In this document: one piece after another, positions 1 to 9,362 of the stretch
Layout: the number at the start of each line of letters is the position of its first letter
Numbering within the stretch: position 1 is the stretch's first letter
Origin: Gammaproteobacteria bacterium
Lineage (GTDB): Bacteria > Pseudomonadota > Gammaproteobacteria > Eutrophobiales > Eutrophobiaceae
DNA length: 64,000 bases
Reading direction: 5' to 3'
Assembly: GCA_965204045.1 (NCBI GenBank)
Contig: CBDBDW010000002.1
Coordinates: 2,754,610 to 2,818,609, forward strand
Translations under genes and position numbers: made by a program
The notes under the pieces: model-generated
Seen by the model: the letters and a program-made list of their open reading frames with translations, nothing else
Databases searched by the model: none
Told to the model about the DNA's origin: nothing

Positions 1-1140
1 GATTCAGGTAGCCCAGTACCAGGTTGGCATCGGTGACTGTGGGTTTGCTTCCGCCCCGCCCGTAGCAGGCAGGTCCCGGATCAGACCCCGCGCTCCTGGG
101 TCCGACCCTGAGCGCGCCACCTTCATCGATCCAGGCTATGGAACCCCCTCCGGTCCCGATGGAATGTATATCTATCATGGGAGTTGCCACGCGGTAGCGG
201 CTGACCCAGGAATCAACGCCGATATCGGGCCTGCCATCCTTGATTAAGCAGACGTCGTAACTGGTTCCGCCCATGTCCACTGCGATCAGATCCTTGTAGC
301 CGGACCATTCACCCACCGCAACCGCCGCGGTTACACCGCCGGATGGCCCCGATTGGATGAGTTCAACCCCGCGCTTGCAGCAGAAGTCAGTATCCATCAC
401 GCCGCCGTTGGAAAGCTTGATAAACAGGCGGCCGCCGAAGCCTGCCTCATTCAGGCTGATTTCAAGTTGGCGCAGGTAATTATCGAGTTTCGGACTGAGG
501 TATGCGTTCAGAATGGTCGTGCTGAAACGGTCGAATTCCCGCACCTGAGGCAGTACTTCGCTGGACAGGGAAACGTAGGCTTCCGGGTACTCTTGCTGGA
601 TAATCTCCCTGATACGGCGCTCGTGTTTATTGTTTTTGAATGAGAATAACAGGCAGACCGCGATCGATTCGATGCCAAGCTGTTTCAGTTTAACTACCGC
701 GTCCCGCACTTCCTCCTCGTTCAATTCGAGAACGATCTCACCCAGGTGGTTGATGCGTTCAGTGACACCCAGGCGTCTTTGTCTGGGAACGATGGGGTAG
801 GGCGCGGGCAGACGAATATCAAAATGATCTTCCTTGTACCCGGTACGCAACTCAATAATGTCTCGAAAGCCCTTCGTGGTAATGAGTCCGGTTTTGGCGC
901 CGGCATATTCCAGCATGGCATTGGTTACTACTGTCGTGCCCAGCACCAGGTTGTCGGCGTTTTTCAGAAAGCCTTGCGAATCCAGGCCGAAATGCTCTGC
1001 TGATGTGCGGATGGCATTCATGATACCGGCGGTTTCATCGTCAGGAGTCGTCAGCACCTTGCCGCTGATGATCTCATCCGCACTGCGCACGACAAAATCG
1101 GTAAACGTCCCTCCAACGTCGATGCCAATTTCGTAACTCA
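1..1140 (-). CDS. Hydantoinase/oxoprolinase A (HyuA-like) N-terminal part; gene continues past the left window edge
   Basis: The reverse-strand translation from the ATG at 1140 reads MSYEIGIDVGGTFTDFVV...DMGGTSYDVC...GTGGGSIAWIDEGG, which is the typical N-terminus of N-methylhydantoinase A. There is no stop before position 1, and the ORF track omitted it as partial. Confidence 0.7.
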
Positions 1141-1251
1141 TTACCGCGGTCCCCTGGTTAGTGGCATGGAAATAGATTTTCTGCTCAGTTTCATGATTCT
1201 ACGGTACAAGGATGTATCGGCAAAATCAATGCGGGAGTCCGAGCCTGTCCG

Positions 1252-1276
1252 GGGACGGACTTGAAGTCCGCCCCCA
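1252..1276. repeat. Short copy of a REP-like palindromic element (GGGGACGGA-loop-TCCGCCCCC)
   Basis: Near-perfect inverted repeat ggggacggacttgaagtccgccccc. It shares its core with the copies at 5097, 58809, 3615, 16199 and 55319. Confidence 0.6.
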
Positions 1277-1406
1277 AAAGGAACACTCCAGTCATCTGGT
1301 TTTATGATACCATTAGGCGCGGGGGAGCAGAGTAGCATAGCCCATGTTGGCCTGTATCCATGGAGCAACACTATTAACTATAAATAATCTTTGGGGGCGG
1401 ACCGTT

Positions 1407-3572
1407 ATGCTCAAGTCAGGAAATTTCGCAAAATTTCTCGTCACGTTTTCGTGCGCGGTTTTATTCATGCTGGATGCGGTTGCGGCATACTCACAGGAGA
1501 AAGACAAGGGTGTCCTGGAAGAAGTCATAGTAACTGCGCAGCGGCGCACCGAGAACCTGCAGGATATTCCCCTGGCGGTCACCTCCTTTTCTGCCCGGAA
1601 CCTCAGTGACAAAGGTGTCTATGACCTGTTCGGCCTCACGTCCCTGGCGCCGAACCTGGACATCGTACAGAATAACGGCAGGGTAAAGGTATTTATACGC
1701 GGTATCGGCCTCACGCTGGATAATTCGGGCTCTGAGGGCGCGGTTGCGGTGCACCAGGACGGTGTGGTCATAGCCTATCCCAACTCGCAGGGCACTTCGT
1801 TTTACGATATTGAACGGATAGAGGTCTTGCGCGGGCCACAGGGCACCCTGTTCGGCAGAAATGCAACCGGCGGCACGCTCAACATCATCACCCGGGGGCC
1901 GACGGATGAGGTGAAGGTCAATGCCCGCGCCAACTTCGGCAACTATGAGGCGCGGGAGTTTGAACTCGGTGTCGGCGGTCCCCTGGTAAAAGACAAGTTA
2001 TCGGCGCGTGCTGCTTTCTACAAGGTGGACAGGGACGGTTTCGGTGAAAACACTTTTAACGGCGAGGATATCGACGATCGTGATGAGGTCGCGGCGCGCG
2101 GCAAGCTGAAGTGGCAGGTGACGGACGACCTGACCGTGGTTGCGGCGATTGATTACTGGGATGCCGATGACTCGGGCGCGGTCGTGCACACCTTCGGCTC
2201 TGCATTCGGCGAGTTGCAGGGGGTTGTCGAGGGTGGCAACGGGAAACAAAGTTTCAGGGATATAGCAAGTGAAACCGAAGAAAGCCGGGATATGAGGACA
2301 TACGGCTACTCCCTGGATGTCACCTATGAAATCAATGAAAACTTTACCTTCAAGTCCCTGACGGGTTACCGCGATGAGCACAGCGTAAAGAAATCACAGT
2401 ATGACGGTACGGACAATCCCGGCTGGCCTTCCACCAACTGGAATTCCGGCGTCCATTTCAGCCAGGAGTTTCAGTTGAACTGGGACACGGACAGGATCAA
2501 CAGCGTGTTCGGCCTGTATTACTTCGATGATGACGTGTTTGTCACCAATACGGTCCCGTTCGAATTTGCCATTAACCTGCCCGGCGACATCTTTGATGAA
2601 CGCGGACATGCAAAAACGGAGGCCTACGCGGCATTCGGCAGCCTGACCTGGGCGGTGACGGACAGGCTGAACCTGACGGCGGGAGTCAGGTACAGCGACG
2701 AAAAAAGAACCACGGAAAGCTCGTTCCAGCTCAGGATTCAACTGTTTGGCCTGGATTTGTTTATCCCGCTGAACAACCAGCGCAAATATGACGCCTGGAC
2801 GCCGCGGTTCTCCATTGATTATGCCTTGACAGACGATGCCATGGTTTATTTCACCGCATCACGCGGCTTTAAAAGCGGACAGATACTGCCGGGTAACACG
2901 GCCCCGCCGCTCAACCCCGAATTTATCTGGAGCTACGAAGGCGGCATAAAGTCCGTCCTGTTTAACGACAGGCTGAAAGCCAACCTGTCGGCCTTCTACT
3001 ACGACTATTCGGATTTACAGGTAAGCCAGTTGCTGGGCCTTTCGTTTACGCTTACCAATGCCGCAGCCGCCGAAGCTATCGGCGTGGAGGCGGAACTCGC
3101 CTACCTGCTGACCGAGAATACCCAGCTGGAACTGGTCTACGGATACCTGGATAATGAATTTACCGAATTCTACACCCAGGATCCGATATTCCCCGAACTG
3201 GGCCTGCTGAACCTCAAGGGTAACCCGTTACCCAATTCACCCAAACACATGTTCACCCTGAGCGCAAGCCAGACCTTACCCACTACAATGGGGGATTTTG
3301 ACTTCAGGGTGGACTGGCGCTGGCGGGATACGGCTTACTTTGACCCCTACAAGCGGGAAGTGGCCTCCCAGGATTCATACTCCAATGTCAGCATGAGGGG
3401 CACTTTTCAACCGCGTAACCAGAACTGGTCGATATCCGCCTGGGTCAACAACCTGACCAACAAGAATGCGTATATCACCAACTATATCAGCCTGGCCAGT
3501 GGCGGCTTCCCCCGCAACGGCGATATCAACGACCCGAGAACATACGGTATAGAACTGCGTTACGAAATGTAA
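1407..3572 (+). CDS. TonB-dependent outer-membrane receptor
   Basis: N-terminal signal peptide MLKSGNFAKFLVTFSCAVLFMLDAVAAYS, followed by a plug-domain TonB box (VLEEVIVTAQRRTENLQDIPLAV). About 740 aa with beta-barrel character. Start chosen at the ATG at 1407 inside the longer ORF. Confidence 0.85.
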   Translation: MLKSGNFAKFLVTFSCAVLFMLDAVAAYSQEKDKGVLEEVIVTAQRRTENLQDIPLAVTSFSARNLSDKGVYDLFGLTSLAPNLDIVQNNGRVKVFIRGIGLTLDNSGSEGAVAVHQDGVVIAYPNSQGTSFYDIERIEVLRGPQGTLFGRNATGGTLNIITRGPTDEVKVNARANFGNYEAREFELGVGGPLVKDKLSARAAFYKVDRDGFGENTFNGEDIDDRDEVAARGKLKWQVTDDLTVVAAIDYWDADDSGAVVHTFGSAFGELQGVVEGGNGKQSFRDIASETEESRDMRTYGYSLDVTYEINENFTFKSLTGYRDEHSVKKSQYDGTDNPGWPSTNWNSGVHFSQEFQLNWDTDRINSVFGLYYFDDDVFVTNTVPFEFAINLPGDIFDERGHAKTEAYAAFGSLTWAVTDRLNLTAGVRYSDEKRTTESSFQLRIQLFGLDLFIPLNNQRKYDAWTPRFSIDYALTDDAMVYFTASRGFKSGQILPGNTAPPLNPEFIWSYEGGIKSVLFNDRLKANLSAFYYDYSDLQVSQLLGLSFTLTNAAAAEAIGVEAELAYLLTENTQLELVYGYLDNEFTEFYTQDPIFPELGLLNLKGNPLPNSPKHMFTLSASQTLPTTMGDFDFRVDWRWRDTAYFDPYKREVASQDSYSNVSMRGTFQPRNQNWSISAWVNNLTNKNAYITNYISLASGGFPRNGDINDPRTYGIELRYEM

Positions 3573-3614
3573 AGCCTTGGACGGGTGTGACTGAAAGTGT
3601 GGTCAATATCTTTC

Positions 3615-3665
3615 GGGGACAGACCCCTGCTTACCACATGCAGGGGCATGCTTAAATCTGTCCCC
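3615..3665. repeat. Long copy of the nested palindromic REP/MITE-like element
   Basis: ggggacagaCCCCTGCttaccacatGCAGGGGcatgcttaaatctgtcccc. An outer stem (GGGGACAGA/TCTGTCCCC) encloses an inner hairpin (CCCCTGC/GCAGGGG). The ATG inside it (3648) is the most plausible start of the downstream gene. Confidence 0.7.
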
Positions 3666-5111
3666 TTTGCCAGGTTTGGGATAAGGAAATCCCTCTTACA
3701 TTGGTTACTGTTTGTCGGCGTTCTGCAGCTCTTTACCGATTCCGGCCAGGTATGGGCCGGAGAAATCCTGGCATTGACCGGTGGCAGGATTATCGATGGC
3801 AATGGAGGGCCGCCCCTGGAAGAGGCCGCAGTCGTTATCCAGGGCTCGAAAATAACTGCAATCGGCCCCGCTTCCGTCGTTCCCGCGCACGCTCGAGTAA
3901 TAAATCTTGACGGTAAAACGCTTTTACCCGGTCTCATTGATGCGCATATCCACATCGGTGGCAGCGGCGGCGGGTCGGCGGACCCGCGTGAATTCACTCC
4001 CACTGCTGTTGAAAACAGCCTCCTGAGTTACCTGAAGTTCGGCGTGACCACTATTTACGATATGGCTGCACATCCCAGCCTGAATTCCATGAAAACAGCG
4101 CTGGAGACCGGTGAACTGATGGGTCCGAGGTTGTACGGCAACGGTTTTGGCATCACCGCACCCGGTTCGCATCCCATCCGCCTGATAACCGAACTCGGAC
4201 TGCTTGAATACCTGGGACCTTTCTATTTCCAGGTTGACAACGTGGCAGACGCCAGAGAGGCCATTCGCAGTATCAGTGCGCAACAGGTTGACGGCATCAA
4301 GCTGTTCCACTCGCGCGTCGAAGCCGGGACCACCCGGTTTGACGCCGACATGGAAAAGTTGAAGCCTGATATCCTTCATACCTTGATTGAGGAAGCCCAC
4401 ACCCGTGGTCTGAAGGTTTATGCGCACACGTCATTTCCCAGCGAGGTCAGGGAATTTGTTGAAGCCGGCGGTGACGTCGTCGTGCATAGCATTCACATGG
4501 CCGAGACCGGCGCCGATGAGGTGTTTGAACTGATGGTCGAACGCGATGTTGCCTATATCCCGACACTCGCAGTGTTTGAAGGCGGCTATACATCGAAACC
4601 GGACTCGTTTTTTTCCCCGCAACTGCATCACAAGGTATGGGATGTTCTGCTGGCGTCGATTACTGCCCCTGACAGCGTCGTTCTGGCTTCCCGGGAGGTT
4701 CCGGGTCTTCTCAATGACAGGGAGCGCAGCCTGGAAATATCAATGGCGAACCTGGGGCGTGCACTGCAGGCCGGCATCAGGATTGCAATGGGGAGTGATG
4801 CGGGCAATGCGGGGATGCTGCACGGCGCGACAGTACTGCGCGAACTGCAGTTGATGAACGAAGCAGGTATGACGCCGATGCAGGTACTCGTGGCTGCCAC
4901 CCGAAACGGGGCCGAAGTCATCGGCCGGGGAGAGGAACTGGGCACCCTTGAGGCCGGCAAGCTGGCCGATATTATCGTCGTCAACGGCGATCCGTTACAG
5001 GACCTTTCTGCCTTGGGTAATGTCGAATTGGTGGTGAAAAACGGCAAGATCATCAACCCTGGGGAACTGGAGTTCAAGGAAGTACCACAACCAACAGGGG
5101 ACGGATTTTAA
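3648..5111 (+). CDS. Secreted metal-dependent amidohydrolase (imidazolonepropionase/prolidase-like family)
   Basis: Signal peptide MLKSVPFARFGIRKSLLHWLLFVGVLQLF, then LLPGLIDAHIHIGGSGGG (the HxH metal-binding motif of the amidohydrolase superfamily). Start taken at 3648 rather than the ORF-track 3597. Confidence 0.75.
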   Translation: MLKSVPFARFGIRKSLLHWLLFVGVLQLFTDSGQVWAGEILALTGGRIIDGNGGPPLEEAAVVIQGSKITAIGPASVVPAHARVINLDGKTLLPGLIDAHIHIGGSGGGSADPREFTPTAVENSLLSYLKFGVTTIYDMAAHPSLNSMKTALETGELMGPRLYGNGFGITAPGSHPIRLITELGLLEYLGPFYFQVDNVADAREAIRSISAQQVDGIKLFHSRVEAGTTRFDADMEKLKPDILHTLIEEAHTRGLKVYAHTSFPSEVREFVEAGGDVVVHSIHMAETGADEVFELMVERDVAYIPTLAVFEGGYTSKPDSFFSPQLHHKVWDVLLASITAPDSVVLASREVPGLLNDRERSLEISMANLGRALQAGIRIAMGSDAGNAGMLHGATVLRELQLMNEAGMTPMQVLVAATRNGAEVIGRGEELGTLEAGKLADIIVVNGDPLQDLSALGNVELVVKNGKIINPGELEFKEVPQPTGDGF

Positions 5112-5121
5112 ATCCGTCCCC
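5097..5121. terminator. Short REP-family hairpin overlapping the stop codon; likely bidirectional terminator between convergent genes
   Basis: ggggacggattttaaatccgtcccc forms a perfect 12-bp stem. It sits between the convergent amidohydrolase (+) and SDR (-) genes and is followed by a very AT-rich spacer. Confidence 0.5.
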
Positions 5122-5169
5122 GATATGCTGAAAATTATAATATACTATTCAAATAGATAATAATATTAA

Positions 5170-5937
5170 TTAAAGTAATCTATTAATACTTTTGCTTAGT
5201 TGTGCAAAAATGAACTTAGGAAAAAACCGGCTCATGAACCAGAGCTGGTTGGCCACGCCCAAGCGAATTTCATAATTGTCTTTTGCAAAACCTTTCAGGA
5301 AACCCGTAACCATTTCTTCCACGGGCATTATCGGGACGCCTTTAATGTCTTCTTCATTAAAACCCCCCAGCATCCCCGTTTCAGTAAGAGGGGGCGAAAG
5401 TTCGAAGACCTTGATGCCGGTGTTCCATAACTGCGCTCTCAAGGATAAGGAGTATGAGTGAATAGCGGCTTTGGCAGAACAATATACCGGCGCAATAGGC
5501 AGCGGAACGAATGCCAGTCCTGATGAGACATTGACGATTGCAGGGTTGTCGTTGTGTTGCAATAGCGGTAGAAAGGCGTTATTCATCAATATGGTCCCTT
5601 TCAGGTTAATATCGATTTCCTTCGTAAGATCTGCCGCTGGAAGATTGCCGTCCCGCAGATTGAGCGTCTGCAGAATGCCCGCGTTATTGACCAGGATATT
5701 TAAACCGGGAAAATCGTTTACGACCTGCTGATATAGCTCTTTTATATTATCGGGGTTGCTGGCGTCACTCCTGATTATCGCAACACCGTCCAGTTGTTGT
5801 TCCGCATTATGGAGTTTTTTGCCGTCCCGACCGGTAATAATGACCTCGTTTCCTTTTTGCAAAAACTGCCTGGCCATTTCGAAGCCGATACCACTCGAGC
5901 CGCCGGTAATTAAAATAGTGTTCCCGGTTAACTTCAT
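5170..5937 (-). CDS. Short-chain dehydrogenase/reductase (SDR)
   Basis: MKLTGNTILITGGSSGIGFEMA matches the TGxxxGIG cofactor motif; also NNAG and the YCSAK catalytic motif. Start placed at the internal ATG at 5937. The upstream extension of the ORF-track call overlaps the next gene. Confidence 0.8.
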   Translation of the reverse strand: MKLTGNTILITGGSSGIGFEMARQFLQKGNEVIITGRDGKKLHNAEQQLDGVAIIRSDASNPDNIKELYQQVVNDFPGLNILVNNAGILQTLNLRDGNLPAADLTKEIDINLKGTILMNNAFLPLLQHNDNPAIVNVSSGLAFVPLPIAPVYCSAKAAIHSYSLSLRAQLWNTGIKVFELSPPLTETGMLGGFNEEDIKGVPIMPVEEMVTGFLKGFAKDNYEIRLGVANQLWFMSRFFPKFIFAQLSKSINRLL

Positions 5938-5939
5938 CT

Positions 5940-7145
5940 CTAACTCCGGGTCCAGGCCCGCAGGGTCCTGACGGCCACATCGTTCTGGATTTCCACCGGA
6001 ACGTTTTGCGGCCCTGCCGGCAATGACCGGCTGTTCATCGCGATGTGGGCCAGGGACAGGCATTGCAGGGACAGGCCCAGGTCCATAATCTCGATGGGAT
6101 TGCCGTCGCCGGCGCTGAGGTTGATTGAGTTGGCCTCGCCCAGCAGGTAGATGGTCTTTCCGTTTTCAAGCTTGAATTGCCGTATATCCGGCATGATTTG
6201 ATTGGATTCAACTGACAGTTCGCGCAAGCCCGGCAGGTCAATCTCCGTCTCGAACATACCGGCATTACAGAGGACAGCGTTGTCTTTCAGCAGCGCCAGG
6301 TGGTCGCGGTTGAGAGCATTCGGCCTGCCGGTGACGGTGATAACGAAATCGCTGGAGGGCAACGCCTGTTCCAGATCGGCTGTCTGGTAGCCTTCAGTAT
6401 GCGCTTCCAGCCGCGAAATGGGATCGATATCAACGATGGTGATATGCGCGCCCAGGCCGCGCAGGGTGCGGGCGATCCCCTGGCCGCAGTAACCATAACC
6501 GACTACGGTTGTTCGCCTGCCGCCGATAAGCAGGTTGGAGCAGCGCATGATACCGTCAACCACTGACTGCCCGACGCCGCAGCGGTTTTCGATAATGCGT
6601 TTTGTACGGCTGTCGTTGATGATGATGGTAGGAAAGACGTGCGCGGCAACTTCTTCCCGGAGGCGAAAGCCCCCGGTGGTTGTCTCTTCCGTGGCGCCGA
6701 TGATCTTCGACTTCGCCGCGGAGAAGTCGGGGTTGGTCAGCGCCAGCATGTGTATGTCCGCTCCGTTATCAGCAACCAGGTCGGGCCCGGTTGCCAGCAC
6801 TCTTGCCGCGTAGTCCAGGTGCTGTTCATAGGTTTCATTCTTTTTGGCAAAGACCTGTATGCCGTATTCCGCCACCAGGGCCGCGGCCACCTCATCCTGG
6901 GCGGTGCCGGGACTGCCGGTAATGGCGATCTGCGCGCCGCCGGCGGTCAACGCCTCCAGCCATACGCCCGTCTTCGCCTCCACGTGCAGGCATATACCGA
7001 TACGCATGCCGGCAAAAGGTTTTGTCCGGGTAAAGTCTTCCTTGATCCCGCGCAATACCGGCATGCGCTCGCGTACCCAGTCCATGCGCTTCAGCCCTTG
7101 CCGGACCAGTCCGATGTCTTCTATCTCATAAGTAAAATCAGCCAT
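5940..7145 (-). CDS. Adenosylhomocysteinase-like NAD-dependent hydrolase (short/archaeal-type AHCY)
   Basis: AHCY signature blocks are present: KPFAGMRIGICLHVEAKT, GATEETTTGG, INDSRTKRIIENRCGVGQS and GYGYCGQG (the NAD-binding GxGxxG region). Confidence 0.7.
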   Translation of the reverse strand: MADFTYEIEDIGLVRQGLKRMDWVRERMPVLRGIKEDFTRTKPFAGMRIGICLHVEAKTGVWLEALTAGGAQIAITGSPGTAQDEVAAALVAEYGIQVFAKKNETYEQHLDYAARVLATGPDLVADNGADIHMLALTNPDFSAAKSKIIGATEETTTGGFRLREEVAAHVFPTIIINDSRTKRIIENRCGVGQSVVDGIMRCSNLLIGGRRTTVVGYGYCGQGIARTLRGLGAHITIVDIDPISRLEAHTEGYQTADLEQALPSSDFVITVTGRPNALNRDHLALLKDNAVLCNAGMFETEIDLPGLRELSVESNQIMPDIRQFKLENGKTIYLLGEANSINLSAGDGNPIEIMDLGLSLQCLSLAHIAMNSRSLPAGPQNVPVEIQNDVAVRTLRAWTRS

Positions 7146-7191
7146 GTTTAAACCCTGGTGTCATTCCCGAACAGATAAGAATCCGTCCATC

Positions 7192-8733
7192 TTACGCAGG
7201 AATGACGGATGTGGAGACGCGCCTGAAACCGGGTTTGCCGTTCTCGACGACAAAACGCGCCAGGTCAGAAACACCAGACTGCGCATCCCTGACGTCATGT
7301 ACGGCGCGCGCCGTTGCCTGCCACTCCTTTGCAGTGACTTCATGTAACAGGTAGCCGCGTTTATCCGGTTCATAGAACTTTATCTGCGGGTTTCGAACCA
7401 GGTTGTCAGCTATGGGTTTATCCATCTGGCCGGGCCAGTTGGCCGAAATGGAAGAGGCCACGAACTCCACTCCCGGAAAGCGGTCGGCTGACGCTATGGA
7501 CTGCATGCCGTCAATGGCCCAGAAAGAGTGCATATCACCGCTCAGGACCACTACCTGGCCGGTATTGCTCCGGTTTATCGCATCCACGACCCTGCTCCTG
7601 TTCGCCGGGTATCCATCCCAGGAACCCGCGAAATTATGCGACTTGCCGTCAATATCCAGGTGGAATGGTGAAAACACGCTGGAGGAGGCAATCACGTTCC
7701 ACGAGGCACTGTCAGCCCGGATATTATCCGCCAGCCAGTTCTCCTGCTCCTCTCCCAGCATGGTGCGTTCCTCAGCAAACATTTCAGGGCAACGTACCAC
7801 GTAGTTGCCGAATCCATGCAGGGACCTGTCACCGGAACATGGCAACTGCCTGGCGCGGAATTGGCGGGTGTCCAGCAGGCTGACCTGCATCAGGTCCCCG
7901 GCGTGAACAGTCCTCTGAAGCTCAAACCGGTCATCACCGGGGTTGCCGTAACCGCGGGCCGGCATGTGTTCATACCAGGCCTGGTAGGCGGCTGCCCTTA
8001 TCGCCATGGTGGCCGGATCAGTATCGATAACCGCATCGTGGTTATCCAGTGTGGTAAAGAATGGCAGTCCGGCGTGGGCGCGTTTAAGATTATCATCGGT
8101 TTTGTACAGCGCGTGCCGCCGCCGGAAACCGTCAAGCGTCAGCGGCATGACCTCAGTCTCGTGTCTCCTGAAAGTCACACCGTAGGATGTTTCATAGATA
8201 TAGTCGCCGAGATGGATCACGAAATCCGGGTCGTCTGCAATGATGTGGTCATAGGCGACGAAATAACCGTGTGTATAGTTCTGGCAGGATACCGTGACGA
8301 AACGGATTGCTTCGGTTTGGCTGTCGTGTGCGGGGAGGGTCTTTGTTCGGCCCGTTTCCGAAGTATGTGTGCCTGCGGAAAACCGGTACCAGTACTCCCG
8401 CCCCGGTTCCAGCCCCTGGATATCAACGTGTACCGAATGGGCAAGCCGGGGAGCAGCTTGTTGTTCGCCGCTCCTGATGCGTTGTCGCATATCTTCATCC
8501 TGGAACAATTCCCAGCGCACCGGTATGGCGTCCTGGCCGATCCCGCCATCGGCAGACAACGGTTCCGGCGCCAGCCGTGTCCACAACACTACCGAGTCCT
8601 GCGTCACGTCACCGGAGGCAACACCCAGGGTAAACGGATTTCCGGTGAACCTTGCCTCTGCGACCAGCGGTGTGGCAACCTGTGCGGCGGCTAGTCCCAC
8701 GGTTGTACTGATTAAGAAATCCCGCCTTTTCAT
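7192..8733 (-). CDS. phoD: Alkaline phosphatase D (PhoD family), Tat-secreted
   Basis: Twin-arginine signal MKRRDFLISTTVGLAAAQVATPLVAEA. PhoD N-domain and metallophos motifs are present (HLGDYIYE, RFVTVSCQNY). Confidence 0.8.
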   Translation of the reverse strand: MKRRDFLISTTVGLAAAQVATPLVAEARFTGNPFTLGVASGDVTQDSVVLWTRLAPEPLSADGGIGQDAIPVRWELFQDEDMRQRIRSGEQQAAPRLAHSVHVDIQGLEPGREYWYRFSAGTHTSETGRTKTLPAHDSQTEAIRFVTVSCQNYTHGYFVAYDHIIADDPDFVIHLGDYIYETSYGVTFRRHETEVMPLTLDGFRRRHALYKTDDNLKRAHAGLPFFTTLDNHDAVIDTDPATMAIRAAAYQAWYEHMPARGYGNPGDDRFELQRTVHAGDLMQVSLLDTRQFRARQLPCSGDRSLHGFGNYVVRCPEMFAEERTMLGEEQENWLADNIRADSASWNVIASSSVFSPFHLDIDGKSHNFAGSWDGYPANRSRVVDAINRSNTGQVVVLSGDMHSFWAIDGMQSIASADRFPGVEFVASSISANWPGQMDKPIADNLVRNPQIKFYEPDKRGYLLHEVTAKEWQATARAVHDVRDAQSGVSDLARFVVENGKPGFRRVSTSVIPA

Positions 8734-8812
8734 CGCGTTATCATAGCAGGTAGCGTTTTACAGGCGTATGATCCGGTCAAAATTCGAATGGAATAAGCTT
8801 GCCGGGAAACAG

Positions 8813-8878
8813 GTTAATACGAGTTTTACAGGCTGTTAATACGAAAAAAACAAGCCATTAATACGAATTTTACAAGGT
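8813..8878. promoter_or_regulatory. Three tandem 22-bp direct repeats (TTAATACGA core, starts at 8813, 8835 and 8857) in the divergent promoter region
   Basis: gTTAATACGAgTTTTACAGGct / gTTAATACGAaaaaaacaagcc / aTTAATACGAaTTTTACAAGGt. The repeats are in exact 22-bp register, end 8 bp before the ATG at 8886, and lie upstream of the divergent phoD. Confidence 0.5.
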
Positions 8879-8885
8879 AATAACT

Positions 8886-9362
8886 ATGCCGATAAACCAG
8901 TTGAGCGCGGCTGATATGGAAGCGGTGATGCGTGAATATTACGATGGTTGCAACGAGGCCGACCGGGAGAAGATAACGGGATGCTTCACGCCTGACGCGG
9001 TCCATTATTTTCCGCCGGGCATGTACGAGGGACCGTTTCGCGGCGCCGGGAAGATCGCGGAACGCTGGTGTGCGGCGGTGGAAAAGGGCGGTTCGTACTG
9101 GACTATTGACGCCTTGTTAATCGATGCGGACAAGGCCGAGGCGGTGATCGAGTGGAGCCATTTCAAGACGTACCAGAGGACTGTCCTGCGCGGCGCGGAA
9201 TGGGTCGTCTTCGACAGGGAAACAGGGTTGATGCAGGAGATCAGGGCCTATTATGCCTCACCGCAGGCAACGGACCTCAAGCGTCTTGAACTGGGGGGAT
9301 TTGACTATGAACAGCGCGGTTACGAAACGGTCTCTCCAAGGAGCCGATCAAGTCAACAGTAG
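8886..9362 (+). CDS. NTF2-like / SnoaL-like domain protein
   Basis: 158 aa. The pattern (MREYYDGCNEADREKITGCFTPDAVHYFPPG ... EWVVFD) is typical of SnoaL/ketosteroid-isomerase-like folds. Function unknown. Confidence 0.45.
   Translation: MPINQLSAADMEAVMREYYDGCNEADREKITGCFTPDAVHYFPPGMYEGPFRGAGKIAERWCAAVEKGGSYWTIDALLIDADKAEAVIEWSHFKTYQRTVLRGAEWVVFDRETGLMQEIRAYYASPQATDLKRLELGGFDYEQRGYETVSPRSRSSQQ

Noticed and set aside
1141-1406. Cobalamin or other riboswitch upstream of the TonB-dependent receptor
   Set aside because: No B12-box (GCCACTG-like) or other recognisable riboswitch core was found. The only structured element is a copy of the REP-like hairpin.
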